64,000 bases of DNA, from positions 150,164,001 through 150,228,000 of the forward strand of contig OX597817.1 in the NCBI GenBank assembly GCA_951406725.2, given 5' to 3'. Below are positions 1-14,384 of the stretch, in pieces. Source of the stretch: Octopus vulgaris. Its lineage: Eukaryota. Each line of letters starts with the position of its first letter. Within the stretch, counting starts at the first letter, position 1. Below the pieces are notes generated by a model. The model made no database searches. It was not told where the DNA came from and saw only the letters and a program-made list of their open reading frames with translations. Made by a program: the position numbers and the translations under genes.

Positions 1-202
1 TACAACAGAAACAGGAAGTAAGAGTGAGAGAAAGTTGTGGTGAAAGAGTACAGCAGGGATCACCACCATCCCCTGCCGGAGCCTCGTGGAGCTTTTAGGT
101 GTTTTCGCTCAATAAACACTCACAACACCTGGTCTGGGAATCGAAACCGCGATCCTATGACCGCAAGTCCGCTACCCTAACCACGGGGCCATTGCGCCTC
201 CA
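1..202 (-). mobile_element. tRNA-derived SINE family A (Nin/Deu-domain-like), truncated by the window edge
   Basis: Near-identical to copies at 22011-22385 and 52297-52660; head has Pol III A box (TGGCCCCGTGG) and B box (GTTTCGATTCC). Confidence 0.8.
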
Positions 203-238
203 CAGTTTGGAATAACCAAGTATAGAAACAACATTTAC

Positions 239-440
239 CAGCAGCAGCCAATTGAGTGGTTACATCATCATTCATAGTATTTGTAAGTAGATCTGTTTCA
301 TCAAAATGAGGGCTATCTGGTGAGCTGGATTCACTCATATCATCACTAAGCATGTTTGCACACATTGGGGAGGTGCTCATGTTAGTCATTGCATTAACAA
401 CTCCACGAACACTTACAGAAGAGGAGTTCGAACTGTTCAT
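239..440 (-). CDS. NRF1: First coding exon of nuclear respiratory factor 1 / erect wing / P3A2 family transcription factor (gene continues beyond the left edge)
   Basis: Translation MNSSNSSS...MLSDDMSESSSPDSPHFDETDLLTNTMNDDVTTQLAAAG resembles the acidic N-terminus of NRF1/P3A2 (SPSSP..S.DDSD.LN....D.V.A.LAAAG). Acceptor tttttattgcag ends at 457; ATG at 440; phase-1 donor G|gtaaat at 239/238 falls in the Gly codon, where I recall the vertebrate NRF1 intron lies. Confidence 0.85.
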
Positions 441-1989
441 TCTATTTGTAACAACCCTGCAATAAAAAGGAAACATTTTCAAGAAATTAAAGAATCATCA
501 CATAACTCTAAAAATACATTTTTCTCTACAGGTGAAAGGAATTTTTAAAATAAAATCTAAAGATCAGAAAATGTCTTAATTACACTTAATTATATATTAG
601 AATCATTATCACTTAACATCCATGTCAGACTCATGAAATTTATAAGAATTTACAAATTTCGAGAGACATGAAATAAATCATTTTTAACAGTAAAATTCGA
701 TATAGATAAAGCTGTAAATACTGGTGTGTAGAATATTGGGTTAAAGAAACCAAAAGTCAGTAATTAAACTTTTGGCAATCTATTGTTTATCAAGCACTTG
801 GATGGAAAAAGTCAAAGGCTGTCCAAATCATTAAACCAAAACAATTCTAGCCTTTGGCATTTTTTCCATCCAAAGGTTTTTAACTCGATATATTGCACAC
901 TTTCATCTATAGCTTTATCTACTTCAGGCTCCACGGTTAATAGTAATATACTTCATACTGAAATATATTTCTTGTCTTGCTCTAAAAAATATTACAGAGG
1001 GCTGTACTCACTTTGTGAAAATATGTAAATTTAAGAACCAAAGTATTGTAATTTTTAAGTAGTTAGATCTCTTTCATCTTCAGAACCATGTGTATTTTCT
1101 CATTGAGAATACTTGGAGAAAGCTTTGAAGAAAACTTACTTCAATTAGATGAGATTTTATCAGAGAAGGACTAATAAAATAATATATTACTCAGTTCAAC
1201 CATCTCAAAGTTGTTACTTCCATTTACTAAATGCATAACATGACATTCAAGCCATACCTTCACAATAAGAATTTGGATTGGCTCACAAAACTTCTGTGAA
1301 CTACTTCCTATTCTGAACAATGAGAAGTGTACATCTATATAGGTGTAGGTACTTCTGAGTTAGCTAAATTTGGTCTGTAAACATAGAAAACTGCAGTCAT
1401 CTCACTCAAAATATAGTGTTACAATTGGATGTATATGCTTAGCAAAAGTTTTGGTCAGAATCAAGAGACTACTTTGGTCTGCTTGATGCAGAAGAAGCTG
1501 TCAGATGATTCATGTTATAGCAGTTTCATCATCTACAGATAACAAGTAACTAAAGAAAAACTCATTTTTTTCTTTTTTTTCAATTGAATAGTATCTTCAA
1601 GATTTCCAAGCAAGTGTAGCAATATCAACTGTGATCTGAATTATTTATGAAAGTAAACAGACAAGTGATCGAGAAGAATGAAGGAAGATATATAACAATG
1701 AATTGCTTTAATTGTATCAAACCCTCATTTATTAGGAGCTATTGCAATAGTAATTATAGTATCACTATCTCAACTAAAACCAGTATACCATTCTTATTTG
1801 GTCTAAAAGACAGACAAACACAGAAGAAGTAAATGAGATGGTATAACATTCATGATTCTTTTCAAAGATGTAATCAGTATAATCAAAGTGAATTAGATCC
1901 AAACAAACATTAAAACCAGATTGCAGATTATGCTCTGAGTTGTTTGCCTTGATTAATATTAACACTAAGTTCTGAATTATATTTATTAT

Positions 1990-2390
1990 TCTTTTCTACT
2001 CTAGGCATAAGGCCTGAAATTATTCGGCAGGGAAGGGGGCCAATCAATTAGATCGACTCCAGTACGCAACTGGTACATAATTTATCGACCCCAAAAGATG
2101 AAGGGCAAAGTCAACCTCAGCAGAATTTGAAATCAAAACATAAAGACAGACAAAATACCTATTTCTTTACTACCCACAAGGGGCTAAACACAGAGAAGAC
2201 AAACAAGGACAGACAAATGGATTAAGTCGATTATATCGACCCCAGTGCGTAACTGGTACTTAATTTATCAACCCCGAAAGGATGAAAAGCAAAGTCGACC
2301 TCGGCGGAATTTGAACTCAGAACGTTACAGCAGACAAAATACCGCTAAGCATTTTGCCTGGCGGACTAACATTTCTGCCAGCTCGCCACT
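1990..2390 (-). mobile_element. Two adjacent copies of SINE family B (Meta/MESC-domain-like)
   Basis: Reverse complement of GCCTTTCATCCTTTCGGGGTCGATAAA.TAAGTACCAG with a GAGTTCAAATTCC B box. Confidence 0.75.
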
Positions 2391-3159
2391 TTGAATTATA
2401 TTTATTATAATCAATGCTAATAACCTTGTTGCATTATTGAAGATTGGGTTTTCACATCTGCTTGTACCAATCTTAACCATAAAAATTTATGTATTTCCTC
2501 CAGGTCTTCTTTGGCTTCACTATTTTTCACACCTTCTCTAGGATACAGGTAGGTTGCATCATTTGATAGAGTAAAAACCAGTTTTTCTGCTGGAATACAA
2601 AGACATAGAATCAATTATCTCAAACAACCTGAAATAACATTTTTTTGAAATTAAAATATAATGAATTAGTACAGAACTTTGTTTTAATCAAACCAAATTG
2701 AATCCCACATCTTTCACCGAATGTTATTAACAAAAACTATCTATTTGTAACAATATAATTTTTCACACATACTTGTGTATATCATACAAATCTATTTGGT
2801 GATTCCTTTATCGCTATTTTGGCAAGTATGGTGAAGTCTAAGCTTTGCTGAGGAAGTTCAATAAGACTGAAACCATGCCAAGAGTTATCTCACATGCTTC
2901 CCAAACAAATTAAAGTAATATTATTTATTGAGCTAATGTTGTCTTGTGCTCACTACAAGATTCTTTTCTAAATAGATTCCTTTATGCTCACAGCATTACA
3001 TTCACACATCGCCTGGTTTGAGATTCGAACCCACGATCCTTTGACCGCGAGTCTGCTGATCTAACCACTAGGCCATGTGCCTCCACACATGTAATTTAGA
3101 TAAACACAAGTTATTTTGGTTACTTCTATTTAAACTTATATCAAGTTAAATAGTTATTA

Positions 3160-3302
3160 TGATCATCATCATTGTTCGACCGTGGTCGAGACAATGGAAT
3201 TTACCATGCTACGCCAGACTTCATGGCCCATCATGGTATTACGGAGGTCCTGTTGCTGGATGCCTGTATCCCTGGAGATTACATCAGGGTAGGAGTGTGT
3301 GC
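3160..3302 (-). mobile_element. Short 3' LINE fragment (RTE-like) with a GAT tail
   Basis: Translates YPDVISRDTGIQQQDLRNTMMGHEVWRSMV, resembling an RTE C-terminus, then ends in (GAT)n. Confidence 0.5.
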
Positions 3303-6300
3303 AATTTCAGAAACTACTTATAGTCAGATCATCATCATCATTTAATGTCTGTTGTCCATGCTATCATGGGTTGGACGGTTTGACTGGGCTGGCATGCTGC
3401 ACCAGACTGATTTGGCTAGAGTGTAAAAGGTGCTTCTACATGCCACTGGCACAGGTGCCGTTTGTGTGATACCGGTATCTGCCACGACTGCAATTTTGCT
3501 CAGCTTGATGGATCTTCTTCTCAAGCATGACAATGCTAAAAGTCTTGGTCATTGCCTCCATGAGATAAACATTTCAATTCACACAGAATGCATTTGTGTT
3601 GATATATGAGCAATTTCTTAACAGCTATCATACTAACAACATTTTGAAAATTAGCTTGGTCTTTGTCAATTGAGATACTCTTTTTACTCTTTTACTTGTT
3701 TCAGTCATTTGACTGCAGCCATGCTGGAGCACCGCTTTTAATCGAGCCGGTCTCTTTTGCCAAACCGCTAAGTGACGGGGATGTAAACACACCAGCATCG
3801 GTTGTCAAGCCATGCTAGGGGGACAAACACAGACACACAAACACACACATATATATATACATATATACGACAGGCTTCTTTCAGTTTCCGTCTACCAAAT
3901 CCACTCACAAGGTATTGGTTGGCCCGGGGCTATAGCAGAAGACACTTGCCCAAGATGCCACACAGTTGGACTGAACCCGGAACCATGTGGTTGGTAAGCA
4001 AGCTACTTACCACAGCCACTCGTATATTTTTTTACATGATTATGCTCTGCATTTTCTTAATATTTTAGCAGCTAACTAAATGGGTACTTTCAAGAACTTG
4101 ATAATTGTTTGAAGCTATGCAGTAAATTAGATAAATGCATTGTACTATCAAGAACTTGGAGATATAGTCTTTGATTTTTATACTACTCAATGATTATATA
4201 TTTTATACACAGATACACATTATTGGTGTTTAACATTCATTTCTCCATGTTAGCTGAATAGGTGCACCCATCAAAATACCTCGCCACTTATCATGGTCCT
4301 TTATCATCTCTTGCATGATGTTCAGCATTCTGAGATCAGCCTTCATCACTTCTTCCTAGGTCTTCTTCTTCCACTAGCTCCTTCACTAAGATTTCTTGAC
4401 CCTTCATCATTCAACTACCATTCATTATACCTATCATGCACATATCAACACAGTTTTCTCTTTTAAAACGAGCTCATTTAAATGTTTAGTGTGTTGGTAT
4501 CAGTAAATATTCAGGGATCTACAAATTTGTAGAAGCTTTGAACATTGAGTAACAGCATTGGTTTATGATAGGTATGCCTGTATGGTTCACAAATATATTT
4601 CACAACCACATGATCGTGGGTTATCTCCATTGCACAACAAACACCTTGGGCAAGTGTTTTCAATAACAGTACCTTTTGAGTGGAATTTGATCAACAGAAA
4701 CTTTGCAGAAAGTCTACCATATGAACATGTATAAGTGAAATATATACACATTAGCAAGAAATCAGTGCATCATACGAAAATACCAGGCGATATTTATTCC
4801 AACCAAGTTGCACAGACACTCCCATGTCATTCTCATGTCACTCTCACCACTGACAATAAAGTGAACCTGTGATTATCCCATTGAGAAAGAAATAAAAATA
4901 ATGCTGTGGTTCAGAAACGTAAAAAAGATAAATTATAAAAATTAATATGGCTTATAATTTATTGAGTTCAAATCCAAACAAAAGTTAGCTTTCCATTTTT
5001 CAGGTTGTCTTTAGTTAAGTGGGGAAAAGTAATTAAAAAAGTAGTCAGATGTATACAACTTGTGAGTTGTGTCCATCTGTTTGATCATCTTCATAACACA
5101 AATTAACCACATAAATTTCAGTGCAGGTGGCACGTAAAAAGCACCCACTACACTCACGGAGTGGTTGGCGTTAGGAAGGGCATCTAGCTGTAGAAACATT
5201 GCCAGATAAGACCGGAGCCTGGTGCAGCCTTCTGGCTTCCCAGATCCCCGGTCGAACCGTCCAACCCAGGCTAGCATGGAGAACGGACGTTGAACGATGA
5301 TGATGATGATGGGGGCAATGTGGCCAAGTTCCTTTCAAGTGTTGAGCCTTACGGAGGCAATGACCAAGAAGCCTGTTGTATGTATATATAGTTGTGTGTG
5401 TGTGTGTGTGTGTTTGTCCCCCACCACTAAATCACAACCAGTGTTGAAGTGTTTATGTCCTTCTAACTTAGTGATTCAGGAAAAAAGACTGATAGAATAA
5501 GTACCAGGCATTACAAAAAAAAGAGTAATGGGGTCAATTCATTTGACTAAATATTCTTCAAGGCAGTGCCCCAGCATGGCCACAGTTTAATGACTGGAAC
5601 AAGTAAAAGATAAAAATCAAAATGTTATCTTCTCTGAAAACATTTTGATGGGTTACTTAGTAATGTTTCTTTTGGCAGGGAAATGTTTGGTGGGGAGAAC
5701 ATACAATTAATTAAATCAATCTCAATATATTACTGACAATTATTTTGTTGTTGTTGTTCAGCTCTAGATTAGCTATGAACAAACAGATCTAAGTCATTCT
5801 GGCAGTGATAAACTACTTTTTAGAGGGAAATCTAGGATGACGTTATTTGAAGTGTTTTTATTTAAAATGATGCGATTGGAAAGAGATTTAGCTGCTATTT
5901 CTTTTAGGTCGATCGATTACATAAAGGCCTTCAGCGTTAGCTCAATCAATGGCATTATTTTGAACCCGTAAGAATAGAAAACTAAGTCAAATTAAGTAGG
6001 AACAATGAAGAAAGCACGAAATAACGATTTCTTAAAGATATCAAACTTCAGAATTATGAAAGAGAAATTAAGACTATAGAATTCATTAACGGCTGAGGTA
6101 AAATAAATGGGCTTCAAAAGAGAACTGAAATTGTGCTGCAATCTTCTCTTTTTAGGAGGGAAGGATGGGGTGATGACGATTAGCTATCTCGAAACCGAAT
6201 ATGGAAATACAAGAAAATGACTCAACTCTCCCATCACTTTCCTTCTAATCGGTGAAATTTTATTTTAATTCAGAGACAAGAAACCTCTTCCCTACTTTAA

Positions 6301-9300
6301 AAAAAAAAAAAATTACTGACTTGCAATTTCCTTGATTTCAAAAATAAAATCTTAAAATCTTAACCGATCAGAAATGAGGAGTTATTAAAGAAAACTCAAT
6401 AAAACAGTTCAGGAAATATTTTAGAATCTTGAAGAATTAACAATCCAGAAACGGCTTAATATTTTTTTAAAAATCGGTTCCTGTAACAAATCTTTATATA
6501 AATAAATGACAATAGACGATATATTCTTTAAGTAGTGACATCTAAACTTTTGAGACATGCAAATTTTTACTATATTTATGATAGGAAATTAGAGGTGGGA
6601 CGATGCATTATGTTCTTAAGCGAAACACTTCGTTTCACGCTGCTCCCGTCTACTTTGCTGACAAAAAAGAATAATCCTGAGACGGACCGGCGTCCCGTCC
6701 AGTGGGGAATATATGTGTCACGGAAACCGACCCTGAGTTTGTATGACTCGGGAAGGATCTTTACCGTATCCTTTTAAGGCGGTGGACTGGAAGAATTGTT
6801 AGCAGGCCGGACAAAGTGCTTAGCGGCATTTCGTCCGTCTTTACGTTCTGAGTTCAAATCTCGCAGGGGGTCGACTTAGCCTTTCATCCTTTCGAGGTCG
6901 ATAAGATAAGTACTGGTTTATCACTAAGGTCGAAGTAATCGAACTCAACCCCCACCCCATTGAACTTACTGGCCTTGTGCCAATATTTATGATAGAGAGA
7001 ATAAAAAGCAGCTTCATAAATGAAGTTTTAATTCTGTAATCTTTTAAGTGAAATATCAATTTAATATATTTAAGTAGACACAAAGACTAAATTTGTCCAC
7101 GAAATGTGACGCTGTGACATTCATATTTTTGCCAAGCGAATTAATAGGCAAACCGGTTTGAATAGAGAATCGAAACTGCCTTGTGATTGATTCAATAGCA
7201 TTCGCTACTAATCTTATTTTGTTAATAATTCTTAAATGATTTTTTTTCTCATAGACATTTGTCTATTATTACTGAACATTCGTTTGTTTATTAATTTATT
7301 GAATCATGTATCGTTTGTTGTATATTATAATTCCAGTAATTTCGATTTTCAGTAATACTATTCCGTGTTTTACACTTTTACTTCAGCTTGACATATGATT
7401 AAAAAAAAAAAAAAAGAGCGAAGGGAAACAACTCAAATGGACTAATGGGTTAAATTTAGATAATTTAGTTTGACATTTCCCTCCTAGTTGGAACGAACAA
7501 CTTGGCTGTACGGAAAATCTTAAATTTCAATGTAAAGTTATTTTAAAGGAAGAAATAATAGATCGTTATCCTAATAGACCGGAATCCGCGTAGTTGCAGA
7601 CAAAAAATTGGTTCAAATCTCTGAATGGAATAAGCTGGTTTATTATTGTAACCCGTATTGCTGAATTCATGTACTTCGAGCAGTTTCTTGAAGAATTTCT
7701 GTTGATTGCCAGTCTTTAATCCTTTTATTTTTATAAATAAATTTCATACTAGTTGGCTCCATAAAATAGCAAACATTGCAAATTATATGTTTTAGTCTTG
7801 CTGTCTCTCTATAGCATGGCATAAGAACTAAGTGTTAACTAAATGCAAACAAAAAATATTTTTATATTTATATAGCTACAATGCAAACGAAATATAATAA
7901 TAAAAAGCAAAACAATGATTTTTAAAAATCGATACTAAAATGACAAAATCCGAAGAAACTGTGTATAAAAAGTTATACGGGAGTGTTTAATTATGAAACG
8001 TGATCTTTACTATATGCTGTAGGAAATTAGGCTGCTATTTCTAATGGGTTAAGCAACCACACAAATGTTGTGGAAGTATCTTCGGTGAGTGGGAATGTAA
8101 AAGAAGCCAAATTGTTAGATGTGGAATGAAAAGTGAATCCTTAAGATGCGAAATCGGATGAGCAATTCCAAAATTACTGTTGTTCTGCAAAGGAAATTTG
8201 ATTGATGTACGATTATAAAAATCTGCGGTAATATATTTCCATTTACGAAAAAAGAGATCTAATATAATGAATGGGAATTCATGAATTATTTACCAATGTT
8301 GATGCTGTGAAAACTGACTTAAATGAAGGGCAATATTCAGGAACTATTGATAAGTGCCCCCACGCACACACAAAGGAGTAGCCACTGAAATTCTAAGCAA
8401 ATTAGGCAAAGAGTGAAAACAGGAACTGAGATAATTGAATTGCTGAGGATCTAGTCTTGATTTACCCAAGGGTCCATTATTTGGTCGGGCATATGAGCGA
8501 TTTAGAACAACTTCGGTTATGATCATAGTGTCGGTATTAACTCATGAAATTTTGGTAATCTAGAAACTGGAGTCTATACGAATAGAGTCTAAGCCATGCG
8601 GTCGGAGGCAAGGGTAAAAAAGAACAAAACATAATGTAACAGCAGAGACTATTTTACAGAATTTATATAGTTTGAGGAGTCGCCAGTAACATCGATTCAA
8701 TCTTTGGGAACTTATAAACATTTAAAAAATACATTTCGGACTTCTACTTTAAAAAAAAAGCAGAGGAGAAAATTTTTCCCTCGTTTCCAACTGACTATTA
8801 AGATTGTTTTTGTTTTGAAAACCAGCATAACAGTCTGATTGACTATTTAGAGGAAAACCCTAAACTCTGAAAATGTATTGGGGTAATTCAAACATAATTA
8901 GGTCAAAGGTGAGAGGGAGTCAGAGTAGTGTTAATAAGAGGTGGGGGCTTAGTTTAATGTTTTGAAAATGAAAAATTGGTTTCTAGGAGAGCAATGATAA
9001 AGTGTTTGTATGTGATTATATATTATATGCTGAGCAGAGGGTCTTGACCTCGATATCTGCTGACCCCCAAGGATCATTTAGTGTCAGTGTGATTGATTTG
9101 CATTGGTTGTGTAAAATATTTTAACTATTTTATGACACGACCGCGAGAACAACCGGAGAAATGGATACGTGAAAGGAAGAATATAGGTGTGGTCATTCGT
9201 GCAACACAACTGACAAGAGATAGTGGCGACAATGTCGATGGTGTGATGCGTATACGTACGTATAAAAACGAGATGAATTAAGCGAAATGAGCGATTTAGA

Positions 9301-10448
9301 ATTGATTTTGAAATTGTGTGTGCACGCACAAGGAGAAATAGAAATAGAGGGAAATGATGAAAGAGAGGGGAAAAAAAGAGAAAAATACGAGAGAGAGAGA
9401 AGAGACAAAGAGATAGTCATGGAGTGAGAGGGCCGGTAGTGGTGGCGTTAAGGATTGGGGATTGCGACTGCGCTTGGGCTTGCGCGAAATGTAGTAAACA
9501 TAGAGTCGCGCCGGCGACAGCACGTTAAACATATCTCTCTCGTTGCTCGTCTCTGATGAACAGTTTCAACGGCATGGAGGGAACCAATTTCCCCAGAACA
9601 AAATACCTACGGATCAATGCGTGTGTGTGTATGTATATATAGACGTCAATATGTCCGTCGGTCTGTCTATATACATCATACAGACACGCGCGCCTACTAT
9701 CTCACCCCGAGTCGTACAGGTTAACGAGCAGGGCCTCTTGAAATATCTTTGCTGCTATACAATCTCCGAGCAATGGAAGAATAGGTATTTCTTAAATGAA
9801 CAACCCGTTTTGTCTTTGTTAACTCTTTCAGTCACACCTAGTTTGGCGGAGTAAAAAGAAAAATGGACGACATGAGAGGATCGTGACGTAATTCGTCTTT
9901 CAACTTAAGGATTCAAGAGTCAAACACAATATCTCAGGTAGGTTACACGATAAGGAGAGGCTTTAAGAAATATTACTGTTTCTGTTCGTGCAAGTTAATA
10001 TCTTTCCTAGATCCCATTTTTAGTGATATGTATCATGTTATATCTTTATATATATACCCCCATATAAACTGAAAGACACATACGTGTGTGAATTGGATGT
10101 TTCGGTAAAATATGCGTTTACTCGACGAGTTCTTTCATTCCTTGCTACGATCACACCTCGAACGATACGCTGTATCGTCACTGTTGGTAGATATTTATAC
10201 AAAGAAATCGCTTGCCTGACGGTTTTGACGCTGGAAGTTGTTTCACTGGTGACTGCAGTAAGCGTCCATCACAATTTTCCGGGACTAGAAAGGCGAGCGC
10301 GCGGTAATTGGTTTCTGAGGAGAAAGGGGGGGGGGAGGTCCGACTATTTTTCATAATTTTTTTTTTTTTTTTTTTTTTTCCTCCAAACAGATTTTTTTAA
10401 GAAACAGATACCGAGCTGATTCCATTATCCCTAGCGATCTTTACTTAC

Positions 10449-10570
10449 CTTAGAATACAAAACGGTTATCGTATCAAGTTTTTATCTTCTCTTAACAGGA
10501 TCACATGCGCAGAACAATTTCAGAATGGACGCCGCTGCACATCTTTGTACACGACTGCCACCTAGAGGCT
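10449..10570 (-). promoter_or_regulatory. Putative NRF1 promoter and non-coding first exon
   Basis: Perfect minus-strand donor AAG|GTAAGT at 10449/10448; NRF1-like TGCGCATGTGA at 10501-10511; CTCF-like CCTCTAGGTGGCAG at 10555-10568; CpG-richer, largely repeat-free region from 9.1 to 10.9 kb. Confidence 0.5.
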
Positions 10571-11085
10571 AAGGGAGATAATTGTTAACACTTTCTTTAG
10601 GATACATCTCGCACAACAATGAACCGTTCTTCTTTATCAATATCTCCTCAGTGACATTCCGTCGTTCAGTTAGCGAAAATTACTTACTGTTTCTTAGCAT
10701 TTATACAAATTCATATTATATAATTGCGTCTTCGCTAATTACAAAAAAAAAAATCTGCTCATCTCTTGCGTGTTTGCTCAATAAACTTGCCAATTATGAG
10801 CAGGAGCTCATCAATCCTCTTAATAAATTCCATTCAACATCTAGGTTACCTTTACAAGCCTAATGTCGCCTTCTCTCACCACTCAGTTAGAACTCCTTAA
10901 TTGCCCGCTCGCACTTGGTTTATTTATAGTCAAAGGGTTTCACAATCTATGGAATGTTTTGTAAATAACCTTAGAGATCATAGCCTCAGATAGATATTAA
11001 ATTCGTCCGCTGATTTGATTTTAATATTCTACACAAATGATCGACGTTAATAAGATATTTAAATTTGAAACAATATGTATTTTTG

Positions 11086-11361
11086 GGTACTACTAGCGAA
11101 CAGTGGTCCCGGTGCGCGCACTCGCGCAAGCCAGTCGTAAGTAGTCGATCCTACAACGACTTGCTCTTCTGTTTGTATTTCAAGGCTGAATACATATCAA
11201 AGAAAATTAAATAATATTTTTCGAACAAAGTAAATAATTTTTTAAACTAAGTAAATAAATTATTTTTATAAACAAGGGTTAAAAAGTCATTGTAGGATCG
11301 ACTACTTACGACTAGCTTAGCGCGGATGCGCGCACCGGGACCACTGTTCGCTAGTAGTACC
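11086..11361. mobile_element. Mutator(MULE)-like MITE
   Basis: ~75-bp TIRs starting GGTACTACTAGCGAACAGTGGTCCCGGTGCGCGCA; 9-bp TSD GTATTTTTG at 11077-11085 and 11362-11370. Confidence 0.85.
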
Positions 11362-12400
11362 GTATTTTTGGCGGATGTTTCCATAGTCACCCCTCCCATC
11401 AACTTCACTTTTTTTTTATATTAATTTGGATTCTTACGCTTTCAGGGTGACTTTACATTATAATACAAATTGGAAAAAATGTCAGTTAAATGTGAAGATG
11501 AATAATACTCTAAACGTTTTATCAAAGATATTCATATCTATATTTTAATCAGGAATTCTGAAATATAAAAATAAAAGGATGATGATGTCCAGCAAGACTA
11601 AAATAGCTGTGTGAATGTTAAGGACTCTGATTAAAAGAAAGAAAATTAAATCATTCATAAGTATATTTTTTATTCCTCTCATTAACGGACGGGATGGGGA
11701 AGATCACAAATTCAATTTCTCGTTACAGGACAGAGACTGCTTAATCTGAAACTACCAATAAATATATTTGGATATGTTAAACGGTATTTTAAGAAATATA
11801 GCATCATATGAGTCAAACCCCAGCCTCCGTTATATTATCTCAGTTTCATTATAACCTTTTGTAAGTCGACGTCAGATTGTTGAAATGGTGTCTGTTAAAC
11901 TAGTTTTGTTTACTAGCTAAATGTCAATACTTGTTCTTTTGTTACATTATCATGAGAATTATCTAATAGAAAGCATTCCAGAGAAGCCATTGAAAGGAGT
12001 TTTAAGTGGTTGGTCTATCTGCTAGAAGTAGCAGCCAGATATCCTTCAAAATTATACCATACTTTCTTGTATAAAGGGATGGCGGAATCGTGGCTGGAAA
12101 GTCTTTGGACATATACAAGAAAAAAAACACATAAAAACTTATATATTTTATGGTTTGGTCTGGAAGGAGGGGCAGAGCCCATGACCTCTTCAAATCCCTT
12201 GGGGTAGATGACATCGATGTGGGTGATGTACTTTTTGACAACTTTAAGTGAACAGGAGGAATTCCAGTGAAACAACTTGGTGGGAGTTGGGGGGCTTAGC
12301 AGAAGGGTTAGTGCATGGCCCAGGGAGATTGATATATGGGTGTAGAGAGGAGATTGAACGATAACGACCAAGGGGACAGCACATCTGTTCCTTCATTGGG

Positions 12401-12690
12401 CAAGGGTTCTCAACTATGTTTTTTATCTATGAACCCCTTTGATTACTATTTTATTGTGGTGGACCCTCCACAGTCAATCCACGTTAAAAACTAATTTTGT
12501 AGAAACTTCTTTCAAAGTTCTTATTTTGCTTTTCACACACTAACTTGTGTTGGAGAAAGAAACCTAGCTGTTTCTTGCAATACAAACCAATATATACATC
12601 TAAAGCAAAAATTTTTCAGGGGCCCTTAAAATTCTATTGTGGATCCCCAATTTACTATTTTGTTGTGTGGACCCCAGTTGAGAACCACTG
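12401..12690. mobile_element. hAT/Charlie-like MITE remnant
   Basis: TIR-like CAAGGGTTCTCAACT / AGTTGAGAACCACTG; no clean 8-bp TSD. Confidence 0.55.
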
Positions 12691-14384
12691 GGCTAGAGGT
12701 TAGAATATGCAGTAGCAACTCTATACCAATTAGTTGAGTGGTCTTTTTTTTTTACATGATACTTAGAGTTAACACCACAACTTGGGTAGCCGAGTTATCT
12801 CTTGCATAGCAAGGTACCTGGGCTTGTCCCTCTAACATACTTTAGCCTTTCAACTCCTGGCATACCACCCACCCCCTTTCACTCACACTTGGTCAAAGAG
12901 GTTTTTGCCTGTTCTTACCTTTGTCTTGCAAGTTATTTGGTGGACTCACTGTTACCAGTTGCATAAAAAAAAAAGCATTCAGTATACACTTTAAAGTGGT
13001 TGGCTTTAGGAAGCGTATCCAACCATGCCAAAGCAGATGAAGCTTTGTAGCTTGCTGGATCCTGTCAAATCATCCAACCCATGCCAGCAAGGAAAATCAT
13101 CATTAAATTATGATAACTTGATCCTGAGTCCACTCTGTCGTGAACATTCAGTTTTGGTGTTTGGTATGAGGGTGTCCCATGAGTCATTGTTTCCTTATTC
13201 CTCTCCCCACCATCAATTTTGGAGGATCTGGGAACTGCACTGCCACTGACTAAGCCATAAAGAATGTGTCCTTTTCAGCTAAGCAGAGGTGTGGCTCCTC
13301 TGGAGCATTTATTATATGGATTGCATCTGGTTGTATAACCAAAGAGCTGAATAAAAATTTTTTTTTCAGTTTACAGATACCCAGTTGTAAAGGGGAAACC
13401 ATCAATTATAACTATGCAACAAAAAAAAATTAAATAAAAAGGAGAACAAAGAGCAGTTGAAAACCAGTGAACATTATTATCCACCTAAAATTTCTAAGGT
13501 TTCAAAAGACCAGTAGTGTTAGCAATTTTAAATTAGCTGCATCATGAACTACAAGATCATTGTCTGCTGTTTGACATCCACTTTTCCAGGTTTGCAAAAT
13601 GTCTGTCGAAATTTTGGCATGGTAATATTTCCCCATGACTAAACATATTTTCACAAAAGATTGACAACAAAGGACACCATTTGCATGTTGGTGACACTTG
13701 TTCACAGCTGTTGTGCAATGTCAGGTTAACATGACATTAACAAACATGGCCCCCTGACTGGCTCCTGTGCCAGTGGCATGTAAAAAGCACCATCCAAACG
13801 TGGTCGATGCCAGTGCCCCCTGACTGGCTCCTGTGTCAGTGGCACATAAAAAGCACCCACTACTTTCGGAGTGGTTGGCATTAAGGCGTCCAGCTGTAGA
13901 AACCTTGCCAGATCAGATTGGAGCCTGGCGCAGCCTACTGGCTTGCCAGTCCTCTGTCAAACCGTCCAACCCATGCCAGGATGGAAAGCAGACATTAAAC
14001 AATGATAATGACATAGACACAAGTGGCAGGCATCTTTCCTTCTCCCAAATCCACTCACAAGGCTTTGATCAGCTTGGGATTATAGTAGAAGACACTTGCC
14101 CGAGTTACTATGCAATGGGACTGAACTAAAAAAAAACATGTGGTTGAGAAGCAAACTTAGCTATAGCCATAAAATCAAAAGTTTTTATAAAACTTTTTCA
14201 CAAAATTTATCATCTAAAACCACAAAATAGAGAAACCTCAAACGCTACTCATAATTCTCTGTGTGGTCAACAACCAAGAACCCCCTTGTTCCAAAACATT
14301 CTAGAGGCGCAATAAACACACACTCACAATTTTACAAGAGTTGGTGAGACACCTTTCATTCATTTAAAAAGCTTGCGATCTTAA

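Noticed and set aside
2417-2630. Possible extra NRF1 exon (minus-strand acceptor at 2629, 65-aa ORF)
   Set aside because: No similarity to NRF1 and only a weak donor; not supportable without transcripts.
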